Shown: piece by piece, positions 36,701-51,329 of the stretch
Layout: each line of letters starts with the position of its first letter
How positions within the stretch are numbered: position 1 is the stretch's first letter
Assembly (NCBI GenBank): GCA_964016885.1
Contig: OZ024740.1
Coordinates: forward strand, 293,942,001 to 294,006,000
Reading direction: 5' to 3'
DNA from: Eledone cirrhosa
Taxonomy: Eukaryota
DNA length: 64,000 bases
Program-made: the position numbers and the translations under genes
Notes under the pieces: model-generated
What the model was told of the DNA's origin: nothing
The model's input: the letters and a program-made list of their open reading frames with translations, nothing else
Database searches by the model: none

Positions 36701-39700
36701 TTTATTTGTGTGTCCGTTTTTTATTTGGGGATCCATTTTTTATTTGGGGATTCTTTTTTTATTTGGGGATCGGGGATCCGTTTTTTATTTGGCGTGGGGG
36801 AGTCATTTTTTTATTTGGGGTGATCCGTTTTTTATTTGGGGTCCATTTTTTATTTGGGGTCCGTTTATTTATTTGAGGGTCCATTTTTAATTTGGGGTCA
36901 GTTTTTTATTTGGGGATTCATTTTTCATTTGGGGATCCGTTTTTTATTTCGGGATCGGGGATTCGTTTTTTATTTGGCGTGGGGGGGTCATTTTTTTACT
37001 TGGGGTGATCCGTTTTTTATTTGGTGTCCATTTTTTATTTGGGGGTCCGTTTATCTATTTGAGGGTCCATTTTTTATTTGGGGATCCTTTTTTTATTTGG
37101 GGGAGAGTCCGTTTTTTGTATGGGGATCCGTCTTTTATTTGGGGGGGTCCATTTTTTATTTGGGTGTCCGTTTTATATTTGGGGATCCGTTTTTTATTTG
37201 GGTGAGGGGGTCCGTTTTTTATTTGGGTGTCGGTTTTTTATTTGGGGTTGGGGTCAGTTTTTTATTTGCGTGTCCATTTTTTATTTGGGGATCCATTTTA
37301 TTTGGGTATCCGTTTTTTATTTGGGGTATACCTTTTTCATTTGGGGGGTCCGTTTTTTATTTGGGTGTCCATTTTTTATTTAGGAGGGGGTCCGTTTTTT
37401 ATTTGGGGGCGTACGTATTTTATTTTGTGGGATCCGTATTTTATTTGGATGACCGTTGTTTTATTTGGAGATTTGTTTTTTATTTGGGGAGATCCGTTTT
37501 TATTTGGGTGTCTTCTTTTTGTTTGGGGATCCGTTTTTTATTTGGGGATCCGTTTTTTTATTTGCGGGTCAGTTTTTTATTTGTGGGGATCCGTTTTCTA
37601 TTTGTCGGCTGATCTGTTTTTTATTTGGAGTCCATTTTTTAATTGGGGTCCGTTTTTTTTAGTTGGCAGGGGTCCGTTTTTTATTTGGGGGATCCGTTTT
37701 TTATTTGGATGTCCATTTTTTATTTGGGGGGATCTGTTTTTTATTTGGATGACCATTTTTTATTTGGGGATCCATTTTTTGGGGCGTCCGTTTTTTATTT
37801 GGGTGTCCATTTTTTATTTTGGAGGGGGTCCGTTTTTTATTTGGGGGTCCGTATTTTATTTTGGCGGATCCGTTTTTTATTTGGGTGTCCGTTTTTTATT
37901 TGGAGATTTGTTCTTTATTTGGGGAGATCCGTTTTTTATTTGGGTGTCCTCTTTTTATTTGGGGATCCGTTTATTTATTTGAGGGTCCATTTTTAATTTG
38001 GGGTCAGTTTTTTATTTGGGGATTCATTTTTCATTTGGGGATCCGTTTTTTATTTCGAGATCGGGGATCTGTTTTTTATTTGGCGTGGGGGGGGGTCATT
38101 TTTTTATTTGGGGTGATCCGTTTTTTATTTGCGGTCCATTTTTTATTTGGGGGTCCGTTTATTTATTTGAGGGTTCATTTTTATTTGGGGTCAGTTTTTT
38201 ATTTGGGGATCCGTTTTTTATTTGGGGGAGAGTCCGTTTTTTGTATGGGGATCCGTCTTTTATTTGGGGGGGGTCCATTTTTTATTTGGGTGTCCGTTTT
38301 ATATTTGGGTGAGGGGGTCCGTTTTTTATTTGGGTGTCGGTTTTTTATTTGTGGTTGGGTCAGTTTTTTATTTGGGTGTCCATTTTTTATTTGGGGATCC
38401 ATTTTATTTGGGTATCCGTTTTTTATTTGGGGTATACCTTTTTCATTTGGGGGGTCCGTTTTTTATTTGGGTGTCCATTTTTTATTTAGGAGGGGGGTCC
38501 GTTTTTTATTTGGGGGCGTACGTATTTTATTTTGTGGGATCCGTATTTTATTTGGGTCTCCGTTGTTTTATTTGGAGATTTTTTTTTTTATTTGGGGAGA
38601 TCCGTTTTTATTTGGGTGTCTTCTTTTCGTTTGGGGATCCGTTCTTTATTTATAGGGATCCGTTTTTTATTTGGGGATCCGTTTTTTTATTTGCGGGTCA
38701 GTTTTTTTATTTGTGGGGATCCGTTTTTTATTTGTCGGCTGATCCGTTTTTTATTTGGGGTCCGTTTTTTTTAGTTGGCAGGGGTCCGTTTTTTATTTGG
38801 GGGATCCGTTTTTTATTTGGATGTCCATTTTTTATTTGGGGGGATCCGTTTTTTATTTGGATGTCCATTTTTTATTTGGGGATCCATTTTTTGGGGGGGA
38901 TACGTTTTTCATTTGGGGCGTCCGTTTTTTATTTGGGTGTCCATTTTTTATTTTGGAGGGGGTCCGTTTTTTATTTGGGGGTCCGTATTTTAGTTTGACG
39001 GATCCGTTTTTTATTTGGGGATCCGTCTTTTATTTGTTGGGGGGTCCATTTTTTATTTGGGTGTCCGTTTTATATTTGGGGATCCGTTTTTTATTTGGGT
39101 GAGGGGGTCCGTTTTTTATTTGGGTGTCGGTTTTTTATTTGGGGTTGGGGTCAGTTTTTTATTTGGGTGTCCATTTTTTATTTGGGTACCCGTTTTTTAT
39201 ATGCGGGGGCCGTTTTCTATTTGGGTGGATCCGTTTTTTATTTGGGGGTCCGTTTTTTATTTGGGGTTGGGGGGTCAGTTTTTTATTTGGGTGTCCGTTT
39301 TTTATTTGGGGATCCGTTCTCTATTTGGGGGGATCCGTTTTTTATTTGGAGTCCATTTTTTAATTGGGGGTCCGTTTTTTTAATTGGGGGGTCCGTTTTT
39401 TATTTGGGGGGATCCGTTTTTTATTTGGGTGTACATTTTTTATCTGGGGGGATCCGTTTTTTATTTGGATGTCCATTTTTTATTTGGGGGATACGTTTTT
39501 CATTTGGAGGGTCCGTTTTTTATTTGGGGGGTCCGTATTTTATTTTGGCGGATCCGTTTTTTATTTGGAGATTTGTTCTTTATTTGGGGAGATCCGTTTT
39601 TTATTTGGGTGTCCTCTTTTTATTTGGGGATCCGTTTTTTATTTGGAGGGGTCCTTTTTTTATTTGGGGATCCTTTTTATTTGAGGGTTTGTTTTTTATT

Positions 39701-42700
39701 TGGGCGGGTCCGTTTTTTATTTGTCGGCTGATCCGTTTTTTATTTGGAGTCCATTTTTTAATTGGGGGTCCGTTTTTTATTTGGGTATCCGTTTTTTATT
39801 TGGGTGTCCGTTTCTTATTTGGGTGTAGTTTTTTATTTGGATGTCCGTTATTTATTTGGGGGTGGTCCGTTTTTTATTTGGGTGCCCGTTTTTTATTTGG
39901 GGATCCATTTTTTATTTGGGTGTAGTTTTTTATTTGGGGATCCATTTTTATTTGGGTGTCCGTTTTTTATTTGGAGGAGGAGGCCGTTTTTTATTTGGGG
40001 GTCCATCTTTTATTTGGGGGCATCCGTTTTTTATTTGGGGATTCGTTTTTTATTTGGGGTGGGGGCCGTTTTTTATTTTGGTATCCGTTTTATATTTGTG
40101 TGTCCGTTTTTTATTTGGGGTTCGATTTTTTATTTGGGTGTCCGTTTTTTATTTGGGGATGCATTTTTATTTGGGTATCCGTTATTTATTTGGGGTGGGC
40201 GGTCCGTTTTTTATTTTGGGTCCATTTTTTATTTGGGTGTCCGTTTTTTATTTGGGGATCGGGGATCCGTTTTTTATTTGCCGTGGGGGGGGGGCATTTT
40301 TTATTTGGGGTGATCCGTTTTTTATTTGGGGTCCATTTTTTATTTGGGGTCCGTTTATTTATTTGAGGGTCCATTTTTTATTTGGGGTCAGTTTTTTATT
40401 TGGGGATCCGTTTTTTATTTGGAGTCCATTTTTTATTTGGGGGGTCCGTTTTTAATTTGGGGGGATCCGTTTTTTATTTGGGTGTCCATTTTTTATTTGG
40501 GGGGATCCGTTTTTTATTTGGATGTGCATTTTTTATTTGGGGATCCATTTTTTATTTGGGTGTCGTTTTTTATTTGGGGATCCGTTTTTTATTTGGAGGG
40601 GTCCGTTTTTTATTTGGGGATCCGTTTTATTTGAGGGTTTGTTTTTTATTTGGGGGGGTCCGTTTTTTATTTGTTGGCTGATCCGTTTTTTATTTGGAGT
40701 CCATTTTTTAATTGGGGGTCCGTTTTTTATTTGGGGGGGATCCGTTTTTTATTTGGGGGGATCCGTTTTTTATTTGGGTGTCCGTTTCTTATTTGGGTGT
40801 ATTTTTTTATTTGGATGTCCGTTATTTATTGGGGGGGGGGGCGTTTTTATTTGGGGGTCCGTTTTTTATTTGGGAATTCGTTTTTTATTTGGGGTGGGGG
40901 GCCGTTTTTATTTGGGGGTGGTACGTTTTTTATTTGGGTGCCCGTTTTTTATTTGGGGATCCATTTTTTATTTGGGTGTACTTTTTTATTTGGGGATCCA
41001 TTTTTATTTGGGTGTCCGTTTTTTATTTGGAGGAAGAGGCCGTTTTTTATTTGGGCGTCCGTCTTTTATTTGGGGGCATCCGTTTTTTATTTGGGGATTC
41101 GTTTTTTATTTGGGGTGGGGGGCCGTTTTTTATTTTGGTATCCGTTTTTTATTTGTGTGTCCGTTTTTTATTTGGGGTTCGATTTTTTATTTGGGTGTCG
41201 GTTTTTTATTTGGGGATGCATTTTTATTTGGGGGGATCCGTTTTTTATTTGGGTGGATCCGTTTTTTATTTGGATGTGCATTTTTTATTTGGGGATCAAT
41301 TTTTTATTTGGGTCTCGTTTTTTATTTGTGGATCCATTTTATTTGGGTATCCGTTTTTTATTTGGGGGATACGTTTTTCATTTGGTGGGTCCGTTTTTTA
41401 TTTGGGTGTCCATTTTTTATTTTGAAGGGGGTCCGTTTTTTATTTGTGGGGTACGTATTTTATTTTGGGGGATCCGTTTTTTATTTGGGTGTCCGTTGTT
41501 TTATTTGGAGTTTTGTTTTTTATTTGGGGAGATCCGTTTTTTATTTGGGTGTCCTCTTTTTATTTGGGGATCCGTTTTTTATTTGGAGGAGTCCATTTTT
41601 TATTTGCGGATCCGTTTTTTTATTTGAGGGTCAGTTTTTTTATTTGTGGGGGTCCGTTTTTTATTTGTCGGCTGATCCGTTTTTTATTTGGAGTCCATTT
41701 TTTAATTGGGGGTCCGTTTTTTTAATTGGGGGGTTCGTTTTTTATTTGGGGGATCCGTTTTATTATTTGGGTGTACATTTTTTATCTGGGGGGATCCGTT
41801 TTTTATTTGGATGTCCATTTTTTATTTGGGGATCCATTTTTTATTTGGGGGATACGTTTTTCATTTGGAGGGTCCGTTTTTTATTTGGGTGTCCATTTTT
41901 TATTTTGGAGGGGTTCCGTTTTTTATTTGGGGGGTCCGTATTTTATTTTGGCGGATCCGTTTTTTATTTGGCGGATCCGTTTTTTATTTGGACATTTGTC
42001 CTTTATTTGGGGAGATCCGTTTTTTATTTGGGTGTCCTCTTTTTATTTGGGGATCCGTTTTTTATTTGGAGGGGTCCGTTTTTTATTTGGGGATCCGTTT
42101 TATTTGAGGGTTTGTTTTTTATTTGGGGGGTCCGTTTTTTATTTGTCGGCTGATCCGTTTTTTATTTGGAGTCCATTTTTTAATTGGGGGTCCGTTTTTT
42201 ATTTGGGGGGATCCGTTTTTTATTTGGGTGTCCGTTTCTTATTTGGGTGTAGTTTTTTAGTTGGATGTCCGTTATTTATTTTTTTTGGGGGGGGTGGCGT
42301 TTTTATTTGGGGGTCCGTTTTTTATTTGGGAATTCGTTTTTTATTTGGGGTGGGGGCCGTTTTTATTTGGGGGTGGTCCGTTTTTTATTTGGATGCCCGT
42401 TTTTTATTTGGGGATCCATTTTTTATTTGGGTGTAGTTTTTTATTTGGGGATCCATTTTTATTTGGATGTCCGTTTTTCATTTGGAGGAGGAGGCCGTTT
42501 TTTATTTGGGGGTCCGTTTTTTATTTGGGGGCATCCGTTTTTTATTTGGGGATTCGTTTTTTATTTGGGGTGGGAGGTCGTTTTTTATTTTGGTATCCGT
42601 TTTTTATTTGTGTGTCCGTTTTTTATTTGGGGTTCGATTTTTTATTTGGGTGTCCGTTTTTTATTTGGGGATCCGTTTTTTATTTGGGGATCGGGGATCC

Positions 42701-43172
42701 GTTTTTTATTTGGCGTGGGGGGGTCATTTTTTATTTTGGGTGATCGGTTTTTTATTTGGGGTCCATTTTTTATTTGGGGGTCCGTTTATTTATTTGAGGG
42801 TCCATTTTTAATTTGGGGTCAGTTTTTTATTTGGGGATTCATTTTTCATTTGGGGATCCGTTTTTTATTTCGGGATCGGGGATCCGTTTTTTATTTGGCG
42901 TGGGGGGGGCATTTTTTTATTTGGGGTGATCCGTTTTTTATTTGGGGTCCATTTTTTATTTGGGGGTCCGTTTATTTATTTGAGGGGCCATTTTTTATTT
43001 GGGGTCAGTTTTTTATTTGGGGATCCGTTTTTTATTTGGGGGAGAGTCCGTTTTTTGTATGGGGATCCGTCTTTTATTTGGGGGGGTCCATTTTTTATTT
43101 GGGTGTCCGTTTTATATTTGCGGATACGTTTTTTATTTGGGTGAGGGGGTCCGTTTTTTATTTGGGTGTCGG

Positions 43173-46100
43173 TTTTTTATTTGGGTGTCCATTTTTTATT
43201 TGGGCACCCGTTTTTTATATGTGGGGGCCGTTTTCTATTTGGGGGGATCCGTTTTTTATTTGGGTGTCCATTTTTTATTTGGGGGGATCCGTTTTTTATT
43301 TGGATGTCCATTTTTTATTTGGGGATCCATTTCTTATTTGGGTGTCGTTTTTTATTTGGGGATCCATTTTATTTGGGTATCCGTTTTTTATTTGGGGGAT
43401 ACGTTTTTCATTTGGTGGGTCCGTTTTTTATTTGGGTGTCCATTTTTTATTATGGAGGGGGTCCGTTTTTTATTTGTGGGGTACGTATTTTATTTTGGGG
43501 GATCCGTTTTTTATTTGTGTGTCCGTTGTTTTATTTGGAGTTTTGTTTTTTATTTGGAGAGATCCGTTTTTTATTTGGGTGTCCTCTTTTTATTTGGGGA
43601 TCCGTTTTTTATTTGGAGGGGTCCATTTTTTATTTGGGGGTCAGTTGTTTATTTGTGGGGGTCCGTTTTTTATTTGTCGGCTGATCCGTTTTTTATTTGG
43701 AGTCAATTTTTTTATTGGTGGTCCGTTTTTTATATGGGGGGATTCGTTTTTTATTTGGAGGAGGGGGCGTTTTTATTTGGGGGTCCGTTTTTTATTTGGG
43801 GGGATCCGTTTTTTATTTGGGGTGGTGGGGCCGTTTTTATTTGGGGGTGGTCCGTTTTCTATTTGGGTGTCCGTTTTTTATTTGGGGATCCAGTTTTTAT
43901 TTGGGTGTAGCTTTTTATTTGGGGATACATTTTTATTTGGGTGTCAGTTTTTTATTTGGAAGAGGGGGGCGTTTGTTATTTGCGGGTCCGTTTTTTATTT
44001 GGGGGATCCGTTTTTTATTTGGGGGGTTATTTGGGGGTGGTCCGTTTTTTATTTGGGGATCCATTTTTTATTTGGGTGTAGTTTTTTATTTCGAGGAGGG
44101 GGCGTTTTTATTTGGGGGTCCGTTTTTTATTTGGGGGGATCCGTTTTTTATTTGGTAATTCGTTTTTTATTTGGGGTGGTGGGGCCGTTTTTATTTGGGC
44201 TGGTCCGTTTTTTATTTGGGTCTCCGTTTTTTATTTGGGGATCCAGTTTTTATTTGGGTGTAGCTTTTTATTCGGGGATACATTTTTATTTGTGTGTCCG
44301 TTTTTTATTTGGAAGAGGGGGCGTTTTTTATTTGGGGGTCCGTTTCTTATTTGGGAATTCGTTTTTTAATTGGGGTGGGGGTGGGGCCTTTTTTTTGGGG
44401 GGGGGCGTTTTTATTTGGGGTGGTCCGTGTTTTATTTGGGTGTCCGTTTTTTATTTGGAGGAGGGGTTCGTTTTTTATTTGGGGGGATCCGTTTTTTATT
44501 TGGGGTGGGGGCCGTTTTTTATTTGGCGGTGCTCCGTTTTTTATTTTGGTATCCGTTTTTGATTTGGGGGGTTCCGTTTTTTATTTGTGTCCGTTGTTTA
44601 TTTGGGGTTCGATTTTTTATTTGGGTGTCCTTTTTTTATTTGGGGATCCGTTATTTATTTGGGGTGGGGGGTCCGTTTTTTATTTGGGGTCCATTTTTTA
44701 TTTGTGTGTCCGTTGTTTATTTGGGGTTCGATTTTTTATTTGGGTGTCCGTTTTTTATTTGGGGATGCGTTATTCATTTGGGGTGGGGGTCCGTTTTTTA
44801 TTTGGGGTCCATTTTTTATTTGGGTGTCCGTTTTTTATTTGGGGATCCATTTTTATTTGGGGATCCGTTTTTTATTTGGGGATCGGGGATTCGTTTTTTA
44901 TTTGAGGTGGGGGGGGGTCATTTTTTATTTGGGGTGATCCGTTTTTTATTTGGGGTCCATTTTTATTTGGGGGTCCGTTTATTTATTTGAGGGTCCATTT
45001 TTTATTTGGGGTTTCATTTTTTATTTGGGGATCCGTTGTTTATTTGGGGATCGGGGATCCGTTTTTTATTTGGCGTGGGAGGGGTCATTTTTTTATTTGG
45101 GGTGATCCGTTTTTTATTTGGGGTCCATTTTTATTTGGGGGTCCGTTTATTTATTTGAGGGTCTATTTTTTATTTGGGGTAAGTTTTTTATTTGGGGGAG
45201 AGTCCGTTTTTTGTATGGGGATCGGTCTTTTATTTGGGTGTCCGTTTTATATTTGGGGATCCGTTTTTTATTTGGGGGAGGGGGTCCGTTTTTTATTTGG
45301 GGATCCGTTTTTTATATGGGGGGATCCGTTTTTTATTTGGGGAGGGTCCGTTTTTTATTTGGGAGTCGGTTTTTTTATTTTGGAGGCTCCTTTTTTTATT
45401 TGGGAGATCCTTTTTTTATTTGGGGGGGTCCGTTTTTTATTTGGGGAATCCATTTTTTATTTGTCGGCTGATCCGTTTTTTATTTGGGGGGTCCGTTTTT
45501 TATTTGGGGGGTCCATATTTTATTTGGGGTGATCCGTTTTTTATTTGGATGTTCAATTTTTATTTGGGGATCCATTTTTTATTTGGGGAGATCCGTTTTT
45601 TATTTGGGTGTCCTCTTTTGGGGGGGATCTGTTTTTTTATTTGAGGGTCAGTTTTTTATTTGTGGGGGTCCGTTTTTTATTTGTCGGCTGATCCGTTTTT
45701 TATTTGGAGTCCATTTTTTAATTGGGGGTCCGTTTTTTTAATTGGGGGGTCCGTTTTTTATTTGGGTGGATCCGTTTTTTATATGGGTGTCCATTTTTTA
45801 TTTGGGGGGATCCGTTTTTTATTTGGATGTCCATTTTTTATTTGGGGATCCATTTTTTATTTGGGGGATACGTTTTTCATTTGGGGGGGTCCGTTTTTTA
45901 TTTGGGTGCCCATTATTTTATTTTGGAGGGTGTCCGTTTTTTATTTGGAGATTTGTTCTTTATTTGGGGAGATCCGTTTTTTATTTGGGTGTCCTCTTTT
46001 ATTTGGGGATCCGTTTTTTATTTGGAGAGGTCCGTTTTTTATTTGGGGGTCAGTTTTTTATATGGGGGGGGTCCGTTTTTTATTTGTCGGCTGATCCGTT

Positions 46101-49100
46101 TTTAATTTGGAGTCCATTTTTTTATTGGGGGCCCGTTTTTTATTTGGGTATCCGTTTTTTATTTGGGGAGATCCGTTTTTTATTTGGGTGTCCGTTTTTT
46201 ATTTGGGGATCCATTTTTTATTTGGCCACCCGTTTTTTATTTCCGGGGGGCCGTTTTTTATTTGGGTGGATCCATTTTTTATTTGGGGGTCCGTTTTTTA
46301 TTTGGGGTTGGGTGTCAGTTTTTTATTTGGGTGTCCATTTTTTATTTGGGCACCCGTTTTTTATATGTGGGGGCCGTTTTCTATTTGGGGGGATCCGTTT
46401 TTTATTTGGGTGTCCATTTTTTATTTGGGGGGATCCGTTTTTTATTTGGATGTCCATTTTTTATTTGGGGATCCATTTCTTATTTGGGTGTCGTTTTTTA
46501 TTTGGGGATCCATTTTATTTGGGTATCCGTTTTTTATTTGGGGGATACGTTTTTCATTTGGTGGGTCCGTTTTTTATTTGGGTGTCCATTTTTTATTATG
46601 GAGGGGGTCCGTTTTTTATTTGTGGGGTACGTATTTTATTTTGGGGGATCCGTTTTTTATTTGTGTGTCCGTTGTTTTATTTGGAGTTTTGTTTTTTATT
46701 TGGAGAGATCCGTTTTTTATTTGGGTGTCCTCTTTTTATTTGGGGATCCGTTTTTTATTTGGAGGGGTCCATTTTTTATTTGGGGGTCAGTTGTTTATTT
46801 GTGGGGGTCCGTTTTTTATTTGTCGGCTGATCCGTTTTTTATTTGGAGTCAATTTTTTTATTGGTGGTCCGTTTTTTATATGGGGGGATTCGTTTTTTAT
46901 TTGGAGGAGGGGGCGTTTTTATTTGGGGGTCCGTTTTTTATTTGGGGGGATCCGTTTTTTATTTGGGGTGGTGGGGCCGTTTTTATTTGGGGGTGGTCCG
47001 TTTTCTATTTGGGTGTCCGTTTTTTATTTGGGGATCCAGTTTTTATTTGGGTGTAGCTTTTTATTTGGGGATACATTTTTATTTGGGTGTCCGTTTTTTA
47101 TTTGGAAGAGGGGGGCGTTTGTTATTTGCGGGTCCGTTTTTTATTTGGGGGATCCGTTTTTTATTTGGGGGGTTATTTGGGGGTGGTCCGTTTTTTATTT
47201 GGGGATCCATTTTTTATTTGGGTGTAGTTTTTTATTTCGAGGAGGGGGCGTTTTTATTTGGGGGTCCGTTTTTTATTTGGGGGGATCCGTTTTTTATTTG
47301 GTAATTCGTTTTTTATTTGGGGTGGTGGGGCCGTTTTTATTTGGGCTGGTCCGTTTTTTATTTGGGTCTCCGTTTTTTATTTGGGGATCCAGTTTTTATT
47401 TGGGTGTAGCTTTTTATTCGGGGATACATTTTTATTTGTGTGTCCGTTTTTTATTTGGAAGAGGGGGCGTTTTTTATTTGGGGGTCCGTTTCTTATTTGG
47501 GAATTCGTTTTTTAATTGGGGTGGGGGTGGGGCCTTTTTTTTTTGGGGGGGGGCGTTTTTATTTGGGGTGGTCCGTGTTTTATTTGGGTGTCCGTTTTTT
47601 ATTTGGAGGAGGGGTTCGTTTTTTATTTGGGGGGATCCGTTTTTTATTTGGGGTGGGGGCCGTTTTTTATTTGGCGGTGCTCCGTTTTTTATTTTGGTAT
47701 CCGTTTTTGATTTGGGGGGTTCCGTTTTTTATTTGTGTCCGTTGTTTATTTGGGGTTCGATTTTTTATTTGGGTGTCCTTTTTTTATTTGGGGATCCGTT
47801 ATTTATTTGGGGTGGGGGGTCCGTTTTTTATTTGGGGTCCATTTTTTATTTGTGTGTCCGTTGTTTATTTGGGGTTCGATTTTTTATTTGGGTGTCCGTT
47901 TTTTATTTGGGGATGCGTTATTCATTTGGGGTGGGGGGTCCGTTTTTTATTTGGGGTCCATTTTTTATTTGGGTGTCCGTTTTTTATTTGGGGATCCATT
48001 TTTATTTGGGGATCCGTTTTTTATTTGGGGATCGGGGATTCGTTTTTTATTTGAGGTGGGGGGGGGGGGTCATTTTTTATTTGGGGTGATCCGTTTTTTA
48101 TTTGGGGTCCATTTTTATTTGGGGGTCCGTTTATTTATTTGAGGGTCCATTTTTTATTTGGGGTTTCATTTTTTATTTGGGGATCCGTTGTTTATTTGGG
48201 GATCGGGGATCCGTTTTTTATTTGGCGTGGGGGGGGTCATTTTTTTATTTGGGGTGATCCGTTTTTTATTTGGGGTCCATTTTTATTTGGGGGTCCGTTT
48301 ATTTATTTGAGGGTCTATTTTTTATTTGGGGTAAGTTTTTTATTTGGGGATCCGTTTTTTATTTGGGGGAGAGTCCGTTTTTTGTATGGGGATCGGTCTT
48401 TTATTTGGGTGTCCGTTTTATATTTGGGGATCCGTTTTTTATTTGGGGGAGGGGGTCCGTTTTTTATTTGGGGATCCGTTTTTTATATGGGGGGATCCGT
48501 TTTTTATTTGGGGAGGGTCCGTTTTTTATTTGGGAGTCGGTTTTTTTATTTTGGAGGCTCCTTTTTTTATTTGGGAGATCCTTTTTTTATTTGGGGGGGT
48601 CCGTTTTTTATTTGGGGAATCCGTTTTTTATTTGTCGGCTGATCCGTTTTTTATTTGGGGGGTCCGTTTTTTATTTGGGGGGTCCATATTTTATTTGGGG
48701 TGATCCGTTTTTTATTTGGATGTTCAATTTTTATTTGGGGATCCATTTTTTATTTGGGGAGATCCGTTTTTTATTTGGGTGTCCTCTTTTGGGGGGGATC
48801 TGTTTTTTTATTTGAGGGTCAGTTTTTTATTTGTGGGGGTCCGTTTTTTATTTGTCGGCTGATCCGTTTTTTATTTGGAGTCCATTTTTTAATTGGGGGT
48901 CCGTTTTTTTAATTGGGGGGTCCGTTTTTTATTTGGGTGGATCCGTTTTTTATATGGGTGTCCATTTTTTATTTGGGGGGATCCGTTTTTTATTTGGATG
49001 TCCATTTTTTATTTGGGGATCCATTTTTTATTTGGGGGATACGTTTTTCATTTGGGGGGGTCCGTTTTTTATTTGGGTGCCCATTATTTTATTTTGGAGG

Positions 49101-49508
49101 GTGTCCGTTTTTTATTTGGAGATTTGTTCTTTATTTGGGGAGATCCGTTTTTTATTTGGGTGTCCTCTTTTATTTGGGGATCCGTTTTTTATTTGGAGAG
49201 GTCCGTTTTTTATTTGGGGGTCAGTTTTTTATATGGGGGGGGGTCCGTTTTTTATTTGTCGGCTGATCCGTTTTTAATTTGGAGTCCATTTTTTTATTGG
49301 GGGCCCGTTTTTTATTTGGGTATCCGTTTTTTATTTGGGGAGATCCGTTTTTTATTTGGGTGTCCGTTTTTTATTTGGGGATCCATTTTTTATTTGGCCA
49401 CCCGTTTTTTATTTCCGGGGGGCCGTTTTTTATTTGGGTGGATCCATTTTTTATTTGGGGGTCCGTTTTTTATTTGGGGTTGGGTGTCAGTTTTTTATTT
49501 GGGTGTCC
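43173..49508. repeat. Tandem ~3.15 kb higher-order duplication (about 43173-46318 and 46319-49508)
   Basis: ORF pairs 43697/46843 and 44112/47258 (3146), 44987/48139 (3152), 45484/48655 (3171), 46107/49279 (3172). Confidence 0.93.
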
Positions 49509-51329
49509 GTTTTTTATTTGGGATCCGTTTTTTATTTGGGGGGTCCGTTTTTTATTTGGGAGTCCGTTTTTTTATTTGGGGGGGTCCGTTTTTTATTTGG
49601 GGATCCATTTTTTTATTTGAGGGTCAATTTTTTATTTGGGGGTCCGTTTTCTATTTGTCGGCTGATCCGTTTTATATTTGGAGTCCATTTTTTATTTGGG
49701 GGGGTCCGTTTTTTATTTGGATGTCCATTTTTTATTTGGGGGTCGTTTTTTATTTGGGGATCCATTTTATTTGGGTATCCGTTTTTTATTTGGGGGATAC
49801 GTTTTTCATTTGGAGGGTCCGTTTTTTATTTGGGTGTCCATTTTTTATTTTGGAGATTTGTTTTTTATTTGGGGAGATCCGTTTATTATTTGGGTGTCCT
49901 CTTTTTATTTGGGGATCCGTTTTTTATTTGGAGGCGTCCATTTTTATTTGGGGATCCGTTTTTTTATTTGAGGGTCAGTTTTTTATTTGTGGGGGTCCGT
50001 TTTTTATTTGCGTATCCGTTTTTTATTTGGGGGATCCGTTTTTTATTTGGGGATCCATTTTTTATTTGGGTGTAGTTTTTTATTTGGAGGAGAGGGCCGT
50101 TTTTATTTGGGGGTCGGTTTTTTATTTGGGGGGATCCTTTTTTTATTTGGGAATTCGTTTTTTATTTGGGGTGGTGGGGCCGTTTTTATTTGGAGGTCGT
50201 CCGTTTTTTATTTGGGTGTCCGTTTTTTATTTGGGGATCCATTTTTTATTTGGGTGTAGCTTTTTATTTGGGGATACATTTTTATTTGGGCGTCCGTTTT
50301 TTATTTGCGGGATCCGTTTTTTATTTGGGAATTCGTTTTTAATTGGGGTGGGGGGGCCGTTTTTATTTGGGGGTGGTCCGTTTTTTATTTGAGTGTCCGT
50401 TTTTTATTTGGGGATCCAGTTTTTATTTGGGTGTTGTTTTTTATTTGAGGATCCATTTTTATTTGGGTGTCCGTATTTTATTTCGAGGAGGGGTCCGTTT
50501 TTTATTTGGGGGGATCCGTTTTTTATTTGGATGTCCAGTTTTTATTTGGGGAAACATTTTTTATTTGGGAGTCGTTTTTTATTTGGGGATCCATTTTTTA
50601 TTTGGGGATCCGTTTTTTATTTGGCGTGGGGGGTCATTTTTTCATTTGGGGTGATCCGTTTTTTATTTGGGCTCCATTTTTTATTTGGGGGTCCGTTTTT
50701 TATTTGGAGTCAGTTTTTGATTCGGGGGAGTGCGTTTTTTATTTGGGGGCTGATCCGTTTTTTATTTGGAGTCCATTTTTTTATTGGGGTCCGTTTTTTA
50801 TTTGGGGGTGTCCGTTTTTTATTTGGGGATCCGTTTTTTATTTGGGGGAGAGTCCGTTTTTTGTATGGGGATCCGTCTTTTATTGGGGGGATCCATTTTT
50901 TATTTGGGTGTCCGTTTTATATTTGGGGTTCCGTTTTTTATTTGGGTGTCGGTTTTTTTATTTGTGTTTCCGTTTTTTATTTGCGGATCCGTTTATTATT
51001 TGTGGGGATCCGTTTTTTATTTGGGGATCAGTTTTTTATTTGGGGGGTCCGTTTTTTATTTGTCGACTGATCCGTTTTTTATTTGGAGTCCATTTTTTAA
51101 TTGGGTGTCCGTTTTTTATTTGGGGGATCCGTTTTTTATTTGGATGTCCAGTTTTTATTTGGGGATCCATTTTTTATTGGTGTCGTTTTTTATTTGGGGA
51201 TCCATTTTATTTGGGTATACGTTTTTTATTTGGGGGATACGTTTTTCATTTTGGGGGTCCGTTTTTTATTTGGGTGTCCATTTTTTATCTTGGAGGGGGT
51301 CCGTTTTTTATTTGGGGGTACGTATTTTA

